Shown: positions 7,833 to 17,428 of the stretch, piece after piece
Numbering within the stretch: position 1 is the stretch's first letter
Layout: each line of letters starts with the position of its first letter
Assembly (NCBI RefSeq): GCF_003467125.1
Contig: NZ_QSFA01000011.1
Location: forward strand, 17,980 to 57,979
From: Megasphaera sp. AM44-1BH
GTDB lineage: Bacteria; Bacillota; Negativicutes; Veillonellales; Megasphaeraceae
Direction of reading: 5' to 3'
Length of the DNA stretch: 40,000 nt
Notes under the pieces: model-generated
Databases searched by the model: none
What the model saw: only the letters and a program-made list of their open reading frames with translations
Told to the model about the DNA's origin: nothing
Made by a program: the position numbers and the translations under genes

Positions 7833-8204
7833 ATGCAGTGTGTAACGGCAGATGAAGCGGTAACGCGCATTATTGCCAATGTGCAAAGTATCCGTGGTGA
7901 GCCGGCAGAGGATGCATCTCTTACGATGTATGCAAATAAATTTGTCGGTTTTGTCCTGGATTATTGCAACCGGGAAGATTTCCCTAAAACGCTGATCTAT
8001 ACAGCAACGGATTATATATCCAAATGGCTGGAAGACAAAGCGAATGGCGGGCGTCAGGGTGCATTGAAGAGCCTGGAGCAGAATGATACAAAATTCCAAT
8101 TTGCCGTATCAGATATGACGCAATCGGGAAGCCAGACCGATGCAGATCTGCAATCTTTTACAGCCTGTCTTGCACCGTATCGAAAAGTCAGGTGGCCCGT
8201 ATGA
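7833..8204 (+). CDS. Head-tail connector protein (gp6/gp15-like)
   Basis: Position after the head genes and size ~123 aa. I prefer ATG 7833 (GGAGG 8 nt upstream) over the track start 7818. Confidence 0.55.
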   Translation: MQCVTADEAVTRIIANVQSIRGEPAEDASLTMYANKFVGFVLDYCNREDFPKTLIYTATDYISKWLEDKANGGRQGALKSLEQNDTKFQFAVSDMTQSGSQTDADLQSFTACLAPYRKVRWPV

Positions 8205-8569
8205 CGATGCCATGGAACCGATGTAAGAATCTGCTCATGAAGTACATGTATAAAGACAGCGTCACCGTGTACCGGCAGCAGCCAGTAAAAGACGACGAAA
8301 GTGCCGATGATTATACGACGCAAGCCATCTATCAGGATATTCCGTGCCACCTGACACAATATGGAAAGGAACTGCAGAGCGGACAGAATCCGCGGGAATT
8401 CTTCACGAAGACGGACCTGCGCATCTGCCTGGATCCAGAATACGACATTTTGCCGAACGATGTCCTAGTCATCGTGCATGTCGGCCAAACCTTTACGCTT
8501 AATGCCGCGAAGGCTTTCAAGTATCCGGACCATCAGGAAATCAGCGTCCGCAGAGAGGATGAGGCGTAA
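8201..8569 (+). CDS. Head closure / head-tail adaptor protein
   Basis: ATGA overlap with the upstream stop. Size and position are typical of SPP1 gp16-like adaptors. The track start at 8192 is a GTG. Confidence 0.5.
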   Translation: MTMPWNRCKNLLMKYMYKDSVTVYRQQPVKDDESADDYTTQAIYQDIPCHLTQYGKELQSGQNPREFFTKTDLRICLDPEYDILPNDVLVIVHVGQTFTLNAAKAFKYPDHQEISVRREDEA

Positions 8570-8946
8570 TGGGAATGCATTTTGGTGGCTTCGACGCCTT
8601 CGATGAGCGATTAGCCAAAATCGAGGAACAGGGAGCCAGAAAGATGAATCAGTTCGTCGCCCAGGAAGCAGAAGTAATCCGAGGGAAAGTCCAGAACAAT
8701 ACTCCTGTAAGAAAGGTTAACGGCGGCCGACTGAAAGGCGGCTGGAAACGGTCACGGGCCGTGCAGGGTAAAGCTGTGGTCTATAATAACGTTGAATATG
8801 CTGCCCATGTCGAGTATGGGCACCGGACGCGTGGTGGCAAAGGCTTCGTGAAGGGAAGTAAGATGCTCCATCGCGGGATGCTGCAGGCGGAAAAGACGTT
8901 CCGGGATGATGCCGATACTATCATAAAGGCGGTGCTTGATGAATGA
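8569..8946 (+). CDS. HK97 gp10-family tail-completion protein
   Basis: The motif NNVEYAAHVEYGHRT is characteristic of the family. TAATG coupling with the upstream gene. Confidence 0.8.
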   Translation: MGMHFGGFDAFDERLAKIEEQGARKMNQFVAQEAEVIRGKVQNNTPVRKVNGGRLKGGWKRSRAVQGKAVVYNNVEYAAHVEYGHRTRGGKGFVKGSKMLHRGMLQAEKTFRDDADTIIKAVLDE

Positions 8947-9410
8947 TTACACTGCGTGAAATCAAAGCGGCCATCGTAAACGTACTGAAAACAAAATACC
9001 CGGAATGCAGGGTGCACTTCGATAATGTAGAAAAATCGGATGCGCCTTATTTTTATGTCGAACTGATGCCGACAGCGACAACAGTCGATGATGTATATAG
9101 TGACCGGCTGGTACAGGTGGATATTACCTACATCCACCCGAAAGACGCCATGGGCCGGGTTAACCGCACAGCTGTTTATGATGTAGCAGATACTCTTGAC
9201 AGGACAATCCGGCCGGTGCTGGCCATTATGGACCGGCACATCACTATTTTGGATGCAGAGATGACTGTCGTGGATGACATCCTGCATTATATTTTTAATC
9301 TTGATTTCCGTGACGCCTGGACCGATGAAGAAGCCGGCCGTGTCCAGTATGAACTGATGCAGTCGATGCAGTTGCAGGTGAACGGGACTGATCTGACAGA
9401 GGAGGAATAG
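8943..9410 (+). CDS. Tail terminator / tail completion protein (XkdJ position)
   Basis: Synteny only: it lies between the gp10-like gene and the sheath gene. ATGA overlap with the upstream gene. Confidence 0.45.
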   Translation: MITLREIKAAIVNVLKTKYPECRVHFDNVEKSDAPYFYVELMPTATTVDDVYSDRLVQVDITYIHPKDAMGRVNRTAVYDVADTLDRTIRPVLAIMDRHITILDAEMTVVDDILHYIFNLDFRDAWTDEEAGRVQYELMQSMQLQVNGTDLTEEE

Positions 9411-9413
9411 ACT

Positions 9414-10547
9414 ATGCCAGCACAGGAACAGGAATTATTCGGTCTGCCGCAGGTACTGATTAATTTCCGTACGAAAGGCACGACAGCAATCAAACGGAGT
9501 GCCATGGGGATCGTTGCGATGATTCTCCACAATGAATCGAAAGATGAAATCCATAACTATACGATCCGGGATGTATCGGATATCCCGGAAACGGGTCTTA
9601 CCGATGAAAACGTAGACCTTATAAAGAAATGTCTGCTCGGGACGCCGCTCCGGGTCCTGGTATATACACTGCCCCTTTCCACTGTAGAAGGAGCGACTAA
9701 GACACAGGCCAACGTCCTCAAGATGCTGGCCAATATCAAATGGAACTGGCTCTGTGCCCCGACATCCACGACGCAGGAACAGAATGACCTGGCATCTTGG
9801 ATTAAGACGCAGCGCACGACGAAACGGAAAACTTTCAAGGCCGTATTGTCTGAACAGGCCGCCGACCATGAAGGTGTTGTCAACTTCTGCACGAACGATA
9901 TCAAGGTGCAGACTGACACCGACAGCTCTGGCAATCCTGTCTATACAACGTATACGTCGTTACAGTATACAGCCCGAATTGCTGGTATTTTGGCAGGACT
10001 GTCTCTGGACCGCAGCGCTACGTACTTTAAGCTGACGGAAGTCGAAAGCGTAGAGGTCTACGAAGATATCGATACACTGATTGATAAAGGCGAACTGCTC
10101 CTGATTGATGAACAGGACGGCGATGGCGTCAAGATTGCCCGCGCCTGCAATTCCCTTACGACCTTCACCACGGACAAAGGTGAAGAATTCCGTAAGATTA
10201 AAATCATTGAAGGCATGGACATGATTACCGATGATATCCGGGATACGTTCAAGAAATATTACGTCGGCAAGGTCATCAACGACTACAACCATAAGATGCT
10301 GTTCATTTCGGCCATCCTGGTCTATTTCTCAGAAATCAAAGGGAACGTACTGGATGCCGATGCAGATAATACAGTTGACATCAACGAACAGTATCAGAGC
10401 AATTATGCCAAGCTTCACGGCGATGATCCGACAACGATGTCGGTCATGGAAATCCGCCAGTACAATACCGGTGATACGGTTGCTCTGGTCGGCAATATCC
10501 GTCTCGTAGATGCTATGGAAAATCTGACGATTGATTTTACCCTGTAA
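9414..10547 (+). CDS. Contractile tail sheath protein (XkdK-like)
   Basis: 377 aa. The N-terminus ..GLPQVLINFRTKGTTAIKRSAMGIVAMIL.. is typical of XkdK-type sheaths, and the tube gene follows. Confidence 0.85.
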   Translation: MPAQEQELFGLPQVLINFRTKGTTAIKRSAMGIVAMILHNESKDEIHNYTIRDVSDIPETGLTDENVDLIKKCLLGTPLRVLVYTLPLSTVEGATKTQANVLKMLANIKWNWLCAPTSTTQEQNDLASWIKTQRTTKRKTFKAVLSEQAADHEGVVNFCTNDIKVQTDTDSSGNPVYTTYTSLQYTARIAGILAGLSLDRSATYFKLTEVESVEVYEDIDTLIDKGELLLIDEQDGDGVKIARACNSLTTFTTDKGEEFRKIKIIEGMDMITDDIRDTFKKYYVGKVINDYNHKMLFISAILVYFSEIKGNVLDADADNTVDINEQYQSNYAKLHGDDPTTMSVMEIRQYNTGDTVALVGNIRLVDAMENLTIDFTL

Positions 10548-10560
10548 GGAGGTCTTATAA

Positions 10561-11016
10561 ATGGCAAGAAGCCCATTTGATGTGCAGTATCGAGGTTGTA
10601 GACGCTGGAACGGGTCCCACGGCAAGGTATGGTGGGACAATGAATTGCTTTTTGAAATCGAAAAGTTTGAGGTAAACGTAGAGCCACAGCGTGAAGATGT
10701 GCTGATCGGTAACAGCGTAGACAGCAAAATCGTATCACTGAAAGGCACCGGGACGATTACAATCAAGAGCGTCATTAACCGCAATCTGAATAAATTCCTC
10801 GAAGAATGGAAAGCCGGGCACGATCCGCGGACGACACTGGTAGGTCTGCTGGAGGATCCAGATATGATTGATGCCCAAAAAGAACGCGTCTCAATCGATA
10901 ATGTCTGGTTCAACAAATTGGATCTGATGAGTTTTGAAAAAGGCAAGGTAGTTGAAAAAGAATATCCCTTCGGCTTCACGCCGGAAGATACAGCTTATGT
11001 AGAAACCGTAGAATAG
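10561..11016 (+). CDS. Tail tube protein (XkdM-like)
   Basis: 151 aa with the pattern GSHGKVWWDNELLFEIEKFEVNVEPQREDV...LKGTGTITIKSV. Lies after the sheath gene. Confidence 0.85.
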   Translation: MARSPFDVQYRGCRRWNGSHGKVWWDNELLFEIEKFEVNVEPQREDVLIGNSVDSKIVSLKGTGTITIKSVINRNLNKFLEEWKAGHDPRTTLVGLLEDPDMIDAQKERVSIDNVWFNKLDLMSFEKGKVVEKEYPFGFTPEDTAYVETVE

Positions 11017-11028
11017 GAGGAGTGTTAC

Positions 11029-11391
11029 ATGGCAGTCAGTGTGCAGGATCTGATTAATCAGAAAGAAAAAATCGAGCAGAAGAAACAGGAAACATTTGAT
11101 ATCACTACCAGCGTCGGGGTAATGACCGTAAAGAAAATGTCTGGGAGCCTGATGGCCGACATTATCGATATGTCGGATGGCGGGGATGAATACTGCATCC
11201 TCAACAGCGTCGTAGCTCCGAATCTGAAAGACGCGGCACTGCAGCAGGCGTATGGCTGTGCAGAACCGACGGATATTGTCGATAAGCTCTTTGACGCCGG
11301 GGAAGTACCGGCTATTGCAAGAAAAATAGCCAGCCTGTCCGGATACGGAGAAAACATCGAAGCAAAGGTACATGAAGAAGTAAAAAACTGA
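11029..11391 (+). CDS. Tail assembly chaperone (XkdN-like), short form
   Basis: VAPNLKDAALQQAYGCAEPTDIVDKLFDAGEVPAIARKIASLSGYG matches the XkdN pattern. Lies upstream of the tape measure gene. Confidence 0.75.
   Translation: MAVSVQDLINQKEKIEQKKQETFDITTSVGVMTVKKMSGSLMADIIDMSDGGDEYCILNSVVAPNLKDAALQQAYGCAEPTDIVDKLFDAGEVPAIARKIASLSGYGENIEAKVHEEVKN
11382..11388 (+). promoter_or_regulatory. -1 programmed ribosomal frameshift slippery heptamer A_AAA_AAC
   Basis: The 0-frame reads GT[A AAA AAC] TGA. The -1 frame is open from here to 11576. Confidence 0.6.
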
Positions 11392-11576
11392 TTGAGGAGA
11401 ACTGGGAAGCGGCTACGGCCGCTTTTCTGGTTCTCAGGGGTCATACACTGGACTGGTTCTTCCATCTGGATCCAGTGGAAAAGATATTCTGCTATCAGGC
11501 CATGATGCATGAACAGGAACGGCAGGAGCGGCTGATACTGCTGCCATTAAAAGTGAGAGGAGACCGGATGCTATGA
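11388..11576 (+). CDS. -1 frame extension of the tail assembly chaperone (G/GT-like long form, joined to 11029-11388)
   Basis: Hand translation LIEENWEAATAAFLVLRGHTLDWFFHLDPVEKIFCYQAMMHEQERQERLILLPLKVRGDRML*. There is no plausible start/RBS of its own, and its stop overlaps the tape measure ATG (ATGA). Confidence 0.55.
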   Translation: MIEENWEAATAAFLVLRGHTLDWFFHLDPVEKIFCYQAMMHEQERQERLILLPLKVRGDRML

Positions 11577-14368
11577 GCAATTACATACTGAGCGCTACAC
11601 TGGAACTCAAGGACCAGTTTACGGCGCAGGTCAATAAAGCAAGGTCCGGCTTCAAGGGCTTGACGGAAACCCTGAAAAACACAGGGAGCGCTTCGGATGC
11701 GGCCGCCGCCGGAATGGGAAAAGCCGGCACAGCGGCTGTCAAAGCAGCCGGCCAGGCGGACCGTGCCAAACGGGCCTTCCAGGGCATCCGCGGCATCTAC
11801 GAAGCGACTATCCGCGCCAAGGATGACGCCACGGCGAAGATTCAGAGGGTCAAGACGGAGCTGAACGGACTCAAGGGGAAAACATACACAGTTGCCCTTA
11901 ATATCAAACAGAATGGCGGTCTAAACGGGTTGAAAGACAAAGCTGGCAGTGTGGCCAACGGCATGTTGCTAGGAACGAGCGCTCAGATGTTGGCCGGTGC
12001 TGGTATCGGCTTCGGTATTTATGACACATTGAAAACCAGTATGGATTTCAGTGCAGCACTTTCTGGAGTAAAAGCCTTAGTGCCTGCAGGTGAAGATGCC
12101 GAAGCTGTAATGGATGCCGTTAAGAACAAAGCTATGGAATTGGGGCAAGCCACTGCGTTCGGGGACGTGGATGTTGCAAATGGCATGGCTGAGCTTTTAA
12201 AAGCGGGCCTTAGCCTGCAAGAGGTCTTAAATGGCGCAACGAAAGCTGCACTTGACCTTGTAACAGCTGGGGATTTGAGCCTGCCAGAAGCCGCAAAGAC
12301 TATGTCAATTATGATGAATGTCTTTGATTTAAACGATGCATCCCACGCAGCCGACATCCTTACCGGCGCGGCTAATGCCTCGGCAACCAATGTACATGAA
12401 ATGTCATATGCTATGGCCGAAGCTGCAGCCGGGGCCAAGTCGATGGGGGTGTCCTTTGAGGATACAAATGCGACGTTGGCACTATTTGCTAAAAATGGGT
12501 TGCTTGGCTCTGACGCTGGTACTTCTTTAAAAACGATGCTTTCTCGTCTGGTCCCTCAAACAGATCAGGCAGCTAAAGATTTCCAACGGTTAGGGCTTAT
12601 GTCAGAAGATGGCTCAAACAAGTTCTTTGATGCTACGGGCAAGTTAAAGCCTATGAGAGAAGTGGCTGAAACCCTGAAAAAATCCTTGCAAGGCATGACT
12701 GCCGAGCAGAAACAAGCGGCATTATATACTATATTTGGGTCCGATGCCATTCGGGCAGCTACTTTCTTAGCCCAAGATGGTGCTGAAGGTATTGATAAAA
12801 TGACGGCTGCCATGAAGCGTTTTACTGCATCTGGTGTGGCCGAAACCAAGATGGCTAACCTGCGTGGCGACATTGAGCAGCTGTCTGGGTCTTGGGAGAA
12901 TCTTCAGATACTGATTATGGACGGCAAAGGGGAGAACGGCCTGCGGAGCTTCGTCCAAGAAGCAGATAAGCTCTTGAGCCACTTTAGCGGGAACGTAGAA
13001 AAGAATGGCCTTGGTATACGCTCTATCTTGTCCCTAATTGGGGAGGGCATCAAGGATTTGAAAGATAAATTCCTGGCCTTTGACGGTATCGGGTCTGTAC
13101 TGGCAGGAGGTGCCCTGGCATTCGGGCTGAAGAAACTATATGACTTAGCACAAAAAGTACGCAGTTCCGTCCAGGGGCTGATAACGAAATCATCGAAGCC
13201 GCCTGCAGGACCAGAATCAAGTACGACAGGCGTAAAAGATATGATGGTATCAGCCAGGACCGTCATTGTAAATGGGAAGGAATCGCCATCGAATACGCCT
13301 TCCACTCAAGTACCGGGAACTCCAGGGACAAAGACACCATCTAAAACGAAGACGCCGTCATCGTCCCGTATCGGAGGTGTAATGAGGCGTCTTCCTGTAT
13401 TGGGTGGATTGACGTATCTGGCTGGATCTGCGCTGAATGTTGCGTATGCCCCGGAAGAAGAACGGGGCGCAGCGATAAGCGGTGCTGTTGGTGGTGGGCT
13501 GGGATGGCTCGGCGGTGCGAAATTAGGAGCTATGGCCGGCGGTTTGGCTGGGCCTGTCGGCGCTGCTATAGGCGGTTTAGCTGGTGGGATAGGCGGTGGC
13601 CTTTTGGGCGAAAAACTAGGTGATGCGTTCGCGCGGATTGACTGGAACCGGATGAAGCAGCCATTCTCCCGTGCCCTGTCTGAAATGAAAGCCGATTTTG
13701 CTAACATGGGACCACGGTTTGATGCTGATGTACAGGACATGGCACAGAAAATGGGCCAGGCATGGGAGGATATGAAGACATCGGCAGGGCAAAAACTGGA
13801 CAGCCTGAATGACTGGGCCAGTGATACCTGGGACGATATCCAGCAGGGAGCTGAATACACTGGGCAGGGAATCGTGAATAGTTTTTCCGAAGCCTGCGCA
13901 AATGCAGAAAATGCCTGGGCTGATTTCTGTAGCTGGTTTGATAGCAATGTTTGCCAGCCTTTGGCAGGGCTGGCCAGTTCCGCTGCAGATAAACTGACGG
14001 AATTAGGCTCTGCAGCGGCATCCGTCCCTACGTTTGGTGGTTCGGGACCGTTAGACAGTGCGTTTTCATCTATTTTCCCGCTCGGGCACAACGCATCCGG
14101 CTCGTCCTATTATTCCGGTGGCTGGACAGAAATCAATGAACGGGGCGGCGAAATCGTAGACCTGCCGCAGGGAAGCCGTATCTATCCACATGCTACGACT
14201 GAACGCATGATTCAGAATGAACTGGATGGCAGCATGCCGGCAGGCGGCCCGGTCGTCGTCAAAGGCAATACCTTCTATGTCCGGGAGGAAGCCGATATAG
14301 ACCGCATCGCCTATAAACTAGCTAAACTGATTTCCCAGGGACATGTCAATTACGGAGGTGGTTACTGA
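11573..14368 (+). CDS. Tail tape measure protein (TP901-type core)
   Basis: 931 aa, Ala/Gly-rich helical protein with a Gly-rich hydrophobic segment (GGLGWLGGAKLGAMAGGLAGPVGAAIGGLAGGIGGGLLG). Position is typical. Confidence 0.9.
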   Translation: MSNYILSATLELKDQFTAQVNKARSGFKGLTETLKNTGSASDAAAAGMGKAGTAAVKAAGQADRAKRAFQGIRGIYEATIRAKDDATAKIQRVKTELNGLKGKTYTVALNIKQNGGLNGLKDKAGSVANGMLLGTSAQMLAGAGIGFGIYDTLKTSMDFSAALSGVKALVPAGEDAEAVMDAVKNKAMELGQATAFGDVDVANGMAELLKAGLSLQEVLNGATKAALDLVTAGDLSLPEAAKTMSIMMNVFDLNDASHAADILTGAANASATNVHEMSYAMAEAAAGAKSMGVSFEDTNATLALFAKNGLLGSDAGTSLKTMLSRLVPQTDQAAKDFQRLGLMSEDGSNKFFDATGKLKPMREVAETLKKSLQGMTAEQKQAALYTIFGSDAIRAATFLAQDGAEGIDKMTAAMKRFTASGVAETKMANLRGDIEQLSGSWENLQILIMDGKGENGLRSFVQEADKLLSHFSGNVEKNGLGIRSILSLIGEGIKDLKDKFLAFDGIGSVLAGGALAFGLKKLYDLAQKVRSSVQGLITKSSKPPAGPESSTTGVKDMMVSARTVIVNGKESPSNTPSTQVPGTPGTKTPSKTKTPSSSRIGGVMRRLPVLGGLTYLAGSALNVAYAPEEERGAAISGAVGGGLGWLGGAKLGAMAGGLAGPVGAAIGGLAGGIGGGLLGEKLGDAFARIDWNRMKQPFSRALSEMKADFANMGPRFDADVQDMAQKMGQAWEDMKTSAGQKLDSLNDWASDTWDDIQQGAEYTGQGIVNSFSEACANAENAWADFCSWFDSNVCQPLAGLASSAADKLTELGSAAASVPTFGGSGPLDSAFSSIFPLGHNASGSSYYSGGWTEINERGGEIVDLPQGSRIYPHATTERMIQNELDGSMPAGGPVVVKGNTFYVREEADIDRIAYKLAKLISQGHVNYGGGY

Positions 14369-15108
14369 TGAGGATGGGCACGTTAGGCAATACGATTCAG
14401 GTCCTTTCGGCCATCTTCTCCAGTGGCGGAGTAAGCGGAAGACGGCAGATCATCATTGAAGGTCCTACAGGGCGCCTGGTCATACCGGTAACGCCGGCAA
14501 AGTATACTGTCGGAGATGGCCAAAAGAATAAAGTCGTCGATATTACACAGGTTGGGGAAGCTACAGTGTTTGGGATGCCCAAAGCCCGGACACTGTCATT
14601 TTCCTGCTTCTTCCCGTCTACTGTGCATGATTATCCGTTCGTCGTAGGTGATTACACAGACCCGACTGCTTGTGTTGAGAAGCTGACAGAATGGAAAGCG
14701 TCCCGGAAGCCGGTACGTGTCATCATTACAGATTCTCCAGTAAACATGCAGATGGCCATCATGGAGTTCTCCTACTGGGAGCAGGACGGCAGCCGGGATA
14801 TCTACTATACGCTCAATTTCATGGAGTACAAAGAACTCAATGTCCCGGCGGCCAATAATGATAAGCCGATTGATGACGCGACAGGGCTTAAAGTGCGGCC
14901 GGTTGACCTGGATGCCAAAATCAAGGAAGAGCAGGCCAATGTCTCTAAAGGGAAAGCGTTGTTCCAAAAAGGATGCGACGTAATGGATATCGCTAAGAAG
15001 GCCTACGGGGATTATACCCATTGGCGTCGCGTTATCAAGAGTAATAACCTGAAGAGTCTGGTCATCAATAACGCCGGGCAAATCCGGAAGTGGGTGATTA
15101 AGAATTGA
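14368..15108 (+). CDS. LysM-domain tail protein (XkdP-like)
   Basis: C-terminal LysM-like segment (..DVMDIAKKAYGDYTHWRRVIKSNNL..). Position after the tape measure gene, as in PBSX. Confidence 0.65.
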   Translation: MRMGTLGNTIQVLSAIFSSGGVSGRRQIIIEGPTGRLVIPVTPAKYTVGDGQKNKVVDITQVGEATVFGMPKARTLSFSCFFPSTVHDYPFVVGDYTDPTACVEKLTEWKASRKPVRVIITDSPVNMQMAIMEFSYWEQDGSRDIYYTLNFMEYKELNVPAANNDKPIDDATGLKVRPVDLDAKIKEEQANVSKGKALFQKGCDVMDIAKKAYGDYTHWRRVIKSNNLKSLVINNAGQIRKWVIKN

Positions 15109-16595
15109 TCATCAAACATAAGCAGGTTGTCACTGAAACAACAAAAGACGCAAGCGGACGGGAGACAACGACTCAGAAAGACGTGCTGAATGACATATCA
15201 CGTCTGACAGTTGGTAAGATTACATGGGAAGGCTCGCGATTGCAGGTGGCCCGGAAACTGACATTTTCTTATGTCCAGGACGCCCGGGACCCGAACCTTC
15301 CGAACTATGTCATCAACTGTGGTGAGACGGTCTATGGTTATGATGAAGACGGGAACCTACAGTTCCAGGGCAATGTGTACAGTGTCGAAAAAAATGTACA
15401 GCAGTCTACCGTCACAGTCATGGCCTACGATAATCTGTTCATACTTTGCCGGTCTAAAACGACGCGGAAATTCACGAATATGCTGGCTGAGGACATTGCA
15501 AAAGCGGTCTGTAGTGAACTGGGTATCAAAGTCGGGAAACTGGCTGAAACAGGCAAGAAAGTCTCGTTTATTGCCCAGGAGAAAACAGGTTATCAGATCA
15601 TCATGATTGCCTATACAGATGCAGCCAATCAAATCAACACCCAGAAGGAAAACAAGGATGATCCGGACGTTCTCTTCCATCCGGTCATGCGCGGCGATGA
15701 ACTGGATGTCATCAAAAAAGGCGAACTCATCGAAGGGCTGGATGCCAATCAATACGTAAATATTGAGAACAGCCAGTATAAAGAATCCATCGAAAGCATG
15801 GTCAACAGCGTCATGATCACCGACCAGCAGGGCAACGTCACGGGCTACCAGACAAAAGATGAATGGATCCAGAAGTATTCCATGGTCCAGGACGTCTATA
15901 AGACGAATCCGAACGACAATGCCCAGGCAGAAATCAACAAGCTGTTCAAAGGGCCGGAACGGTCCGGGGTATTAGAAATGATTGGGGATTATGCCGCAAA
16001 GTCTTCCTACTCCATCCAGATTAGGGATATCCTGACGGAATTGTGCGGGAAATTCTGGATTAAATCTGATACGCATACATTTGAAAACGGTATCCATGAA
16101 ATGCAATTGGAAATCGAGTTCGAAAACATTATGAACAAAGAAGAAAAGCCGAAAGAGATACAGACGAAGACAGGCCGCACATCGTCTGCGATTGGCAGTG
16201 CGAATTTGGCAGCGTCTGAAGGTGTACAGGCCGGTTTTGCCGCCTGGGAAGGAGCTACCATGCCAGACGGGCCGAATGGCTGTGTCGAAGCGGCTACACG
16301 TATTGGCAGCTATTACAGTCCTTTCCTGAAGCAGGAATGTGACAATGGTGTTGCCTCGGTCCCGACCTTGATGTCTGATGCCGGCGACGCCGTCATTCCT
16401 TTCGATGAATCGAACCTGGAAGTCGGGGACTGTGTTGTGTTCGATGGTGATGCGCACGTGGTTGTCTATGCAGGGGACGGCACGTATGTAGGAAATAACT
16501 CCAGTGGGAATGGAGGTGCTGGAGCTGTTGGTACTGGCGGTATCTATAATATTGGCATGACCCCGACGTCTATTATCAAGACGAGCCGGATGTAA
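15105..16595 (+). CDS. XkdQ/YqbQ-like baseplate hub protein with a C-terminal Cys/His hydrolase-like domain
   Basis: N-terminus ITWEGSRLQVARKLTFSY...VTVMAYDNLFIL is XkdQ-like. The C-terminus GCVEAATR...GDCVVFDGDAHVVVYAGDG resembles NlpC/P60 or CHAP. TTG start overlaps the upstream stop. Confidence 0.65.
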   Translation: MIIKHKQVVTETTKDASGRETTTQKDVLNDISRLTVGKITWEGSRLQVARKLTFSYVQDARDPNLPNYVINCGETVYGYDEDGNLQFQGNVYSVEKNVQQSTVTVMAYDNLFILCRSKTTRKFTNMLAEDIAKAVCSELGIKVGKLAETGKKVSFIAQEKTGYQIIMIAYTDAANQINTQKENKDDPDVLFHPVMRGDELDVIKKGELIEGLDANQYVNIENSQYKESIESMVNSVMITDQQGNVTGYQTKDEWIQKYSMVQDVYKTNPNDNAQAEINKLFKGPERSGVLEMIGDYAAKSSYSIQIRDILTELCGKFWIKSDTHTFENGIHEMQLEIEFENIMNKEEKPKEIQTKTGRTSSAIGSANLAASEGVQAGFAAWEGATMPDGPNGCVEAATRIGSYYSPFLKQECDNGVASVPTLMSDAGDAVIPFDESNLEVGDCVVFDGDAHVVVYAGDGTYVGNNSSGNGGAGAVGTGGIYNIGMTPTSIIKTSRM

Positions 16596-16607
16596 GGAGA
16601 TGATATT

Positions 16608-17006
16608 ATGCCGGAACATATTCCATCTGCATCTCAATCAGCATCAGCCATTGTAGATATCATGCATACAGTAGCCCGGGGCGAACTGCCAAGAGGCGCC
16701 CAGGTCGGCATCGTCGAAGCCCCGCCTCCTGATATCGTTGTCCGGATGAATAATATACCATTGACGAAGAAGGACCTGTATATTTCAAGGTATCTGATGC
16801 CGGATTATACCCGTCATATGGTCGGGCAGACCAGTAACCGGGCTGGTGGTTCCGGAGACGCAGCGTATGAAAGTCATAACCATCCCATCGATAACGATGA
16901 GACGTGGACGGATACACTGAAACCGGGGACGCTGGTCCTCCTGATACCAATTTACGGCCAGAATGAGCAATTATACTGGCTGGCAGACAGTGGGGTGAAG
17001 TTATGA
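16608..17006 (+). CDS. XkdR-like baseplate protein (DUF2577-like)
   Basis: Synteny (after the XkdQ-like gene), size 132 aa, strong RBS TAAGGAG. Confidence 0.55.
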   Translation: MPEHIPSASQSASAIVDIMHTVARGELPRGAQVGIVEAPPPDIVVRMNNIPLTKKDLYISRYLMPDYTRHMVGQTSNRAGGSGDAAYESHNHPIDNDETWTDTLKPGTLVLLIPIYGQNEQLYWLADSGVKL

Positions 17007-17428
17007 GTGCAGAATACCCCTTTACTGGGGCTGTATCGGTCAATACTTATACGTCAGATCTGCCAGTCCCTAAGGAATATGCCTGGGACTTCGATAAGGA
17101 CTGTTTTTTGTATGACAAAATAGGCAGGCACGTCGTCGTTGAAAAGGACGAGGCCATCAAGGTATGGATCTACAAAGCCCTCAGCACGGAGCGTTTCCGC
17201 TACCTGGCATACAGCTGGCAGTATGGCATTGAACTCAGGCCGTTCATAGGCAAGGTCATGGGGGTACAGCAGAGATACAGTGAAATCAAACGGATTATCA
17301 TTGAATGCCTGATGGTAAATCCGTACATCAGGAGTATTGACAATGTAGATATATCACATGATGGAGACAAAGTTTCTATTGCTATTACGATTACGACGAT
17401 TTATGGGGAGGTGAGCGTCGATGTATGA
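17003..17428 (+). CDS. XkdS-like baseplate protein (DUF2634 / gp25-like)
   Basis: The N-terminal ..EYAWDFD.. motif, size 141 aa and synteny. Confidence 0.6.
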   Translation: MSAEYPFTGAVSVNTYTSDLPVPKEYAWDFDKDCFLYDKIGRHVVVEKDEAIKVWIYKALSTERFRYLAYSWQYGIELRPFIGKVMGVQQRYSEIKRIIIECLMVNPYIRSIDNVDISHDGDKVSIAITITTIYGEVSVDV

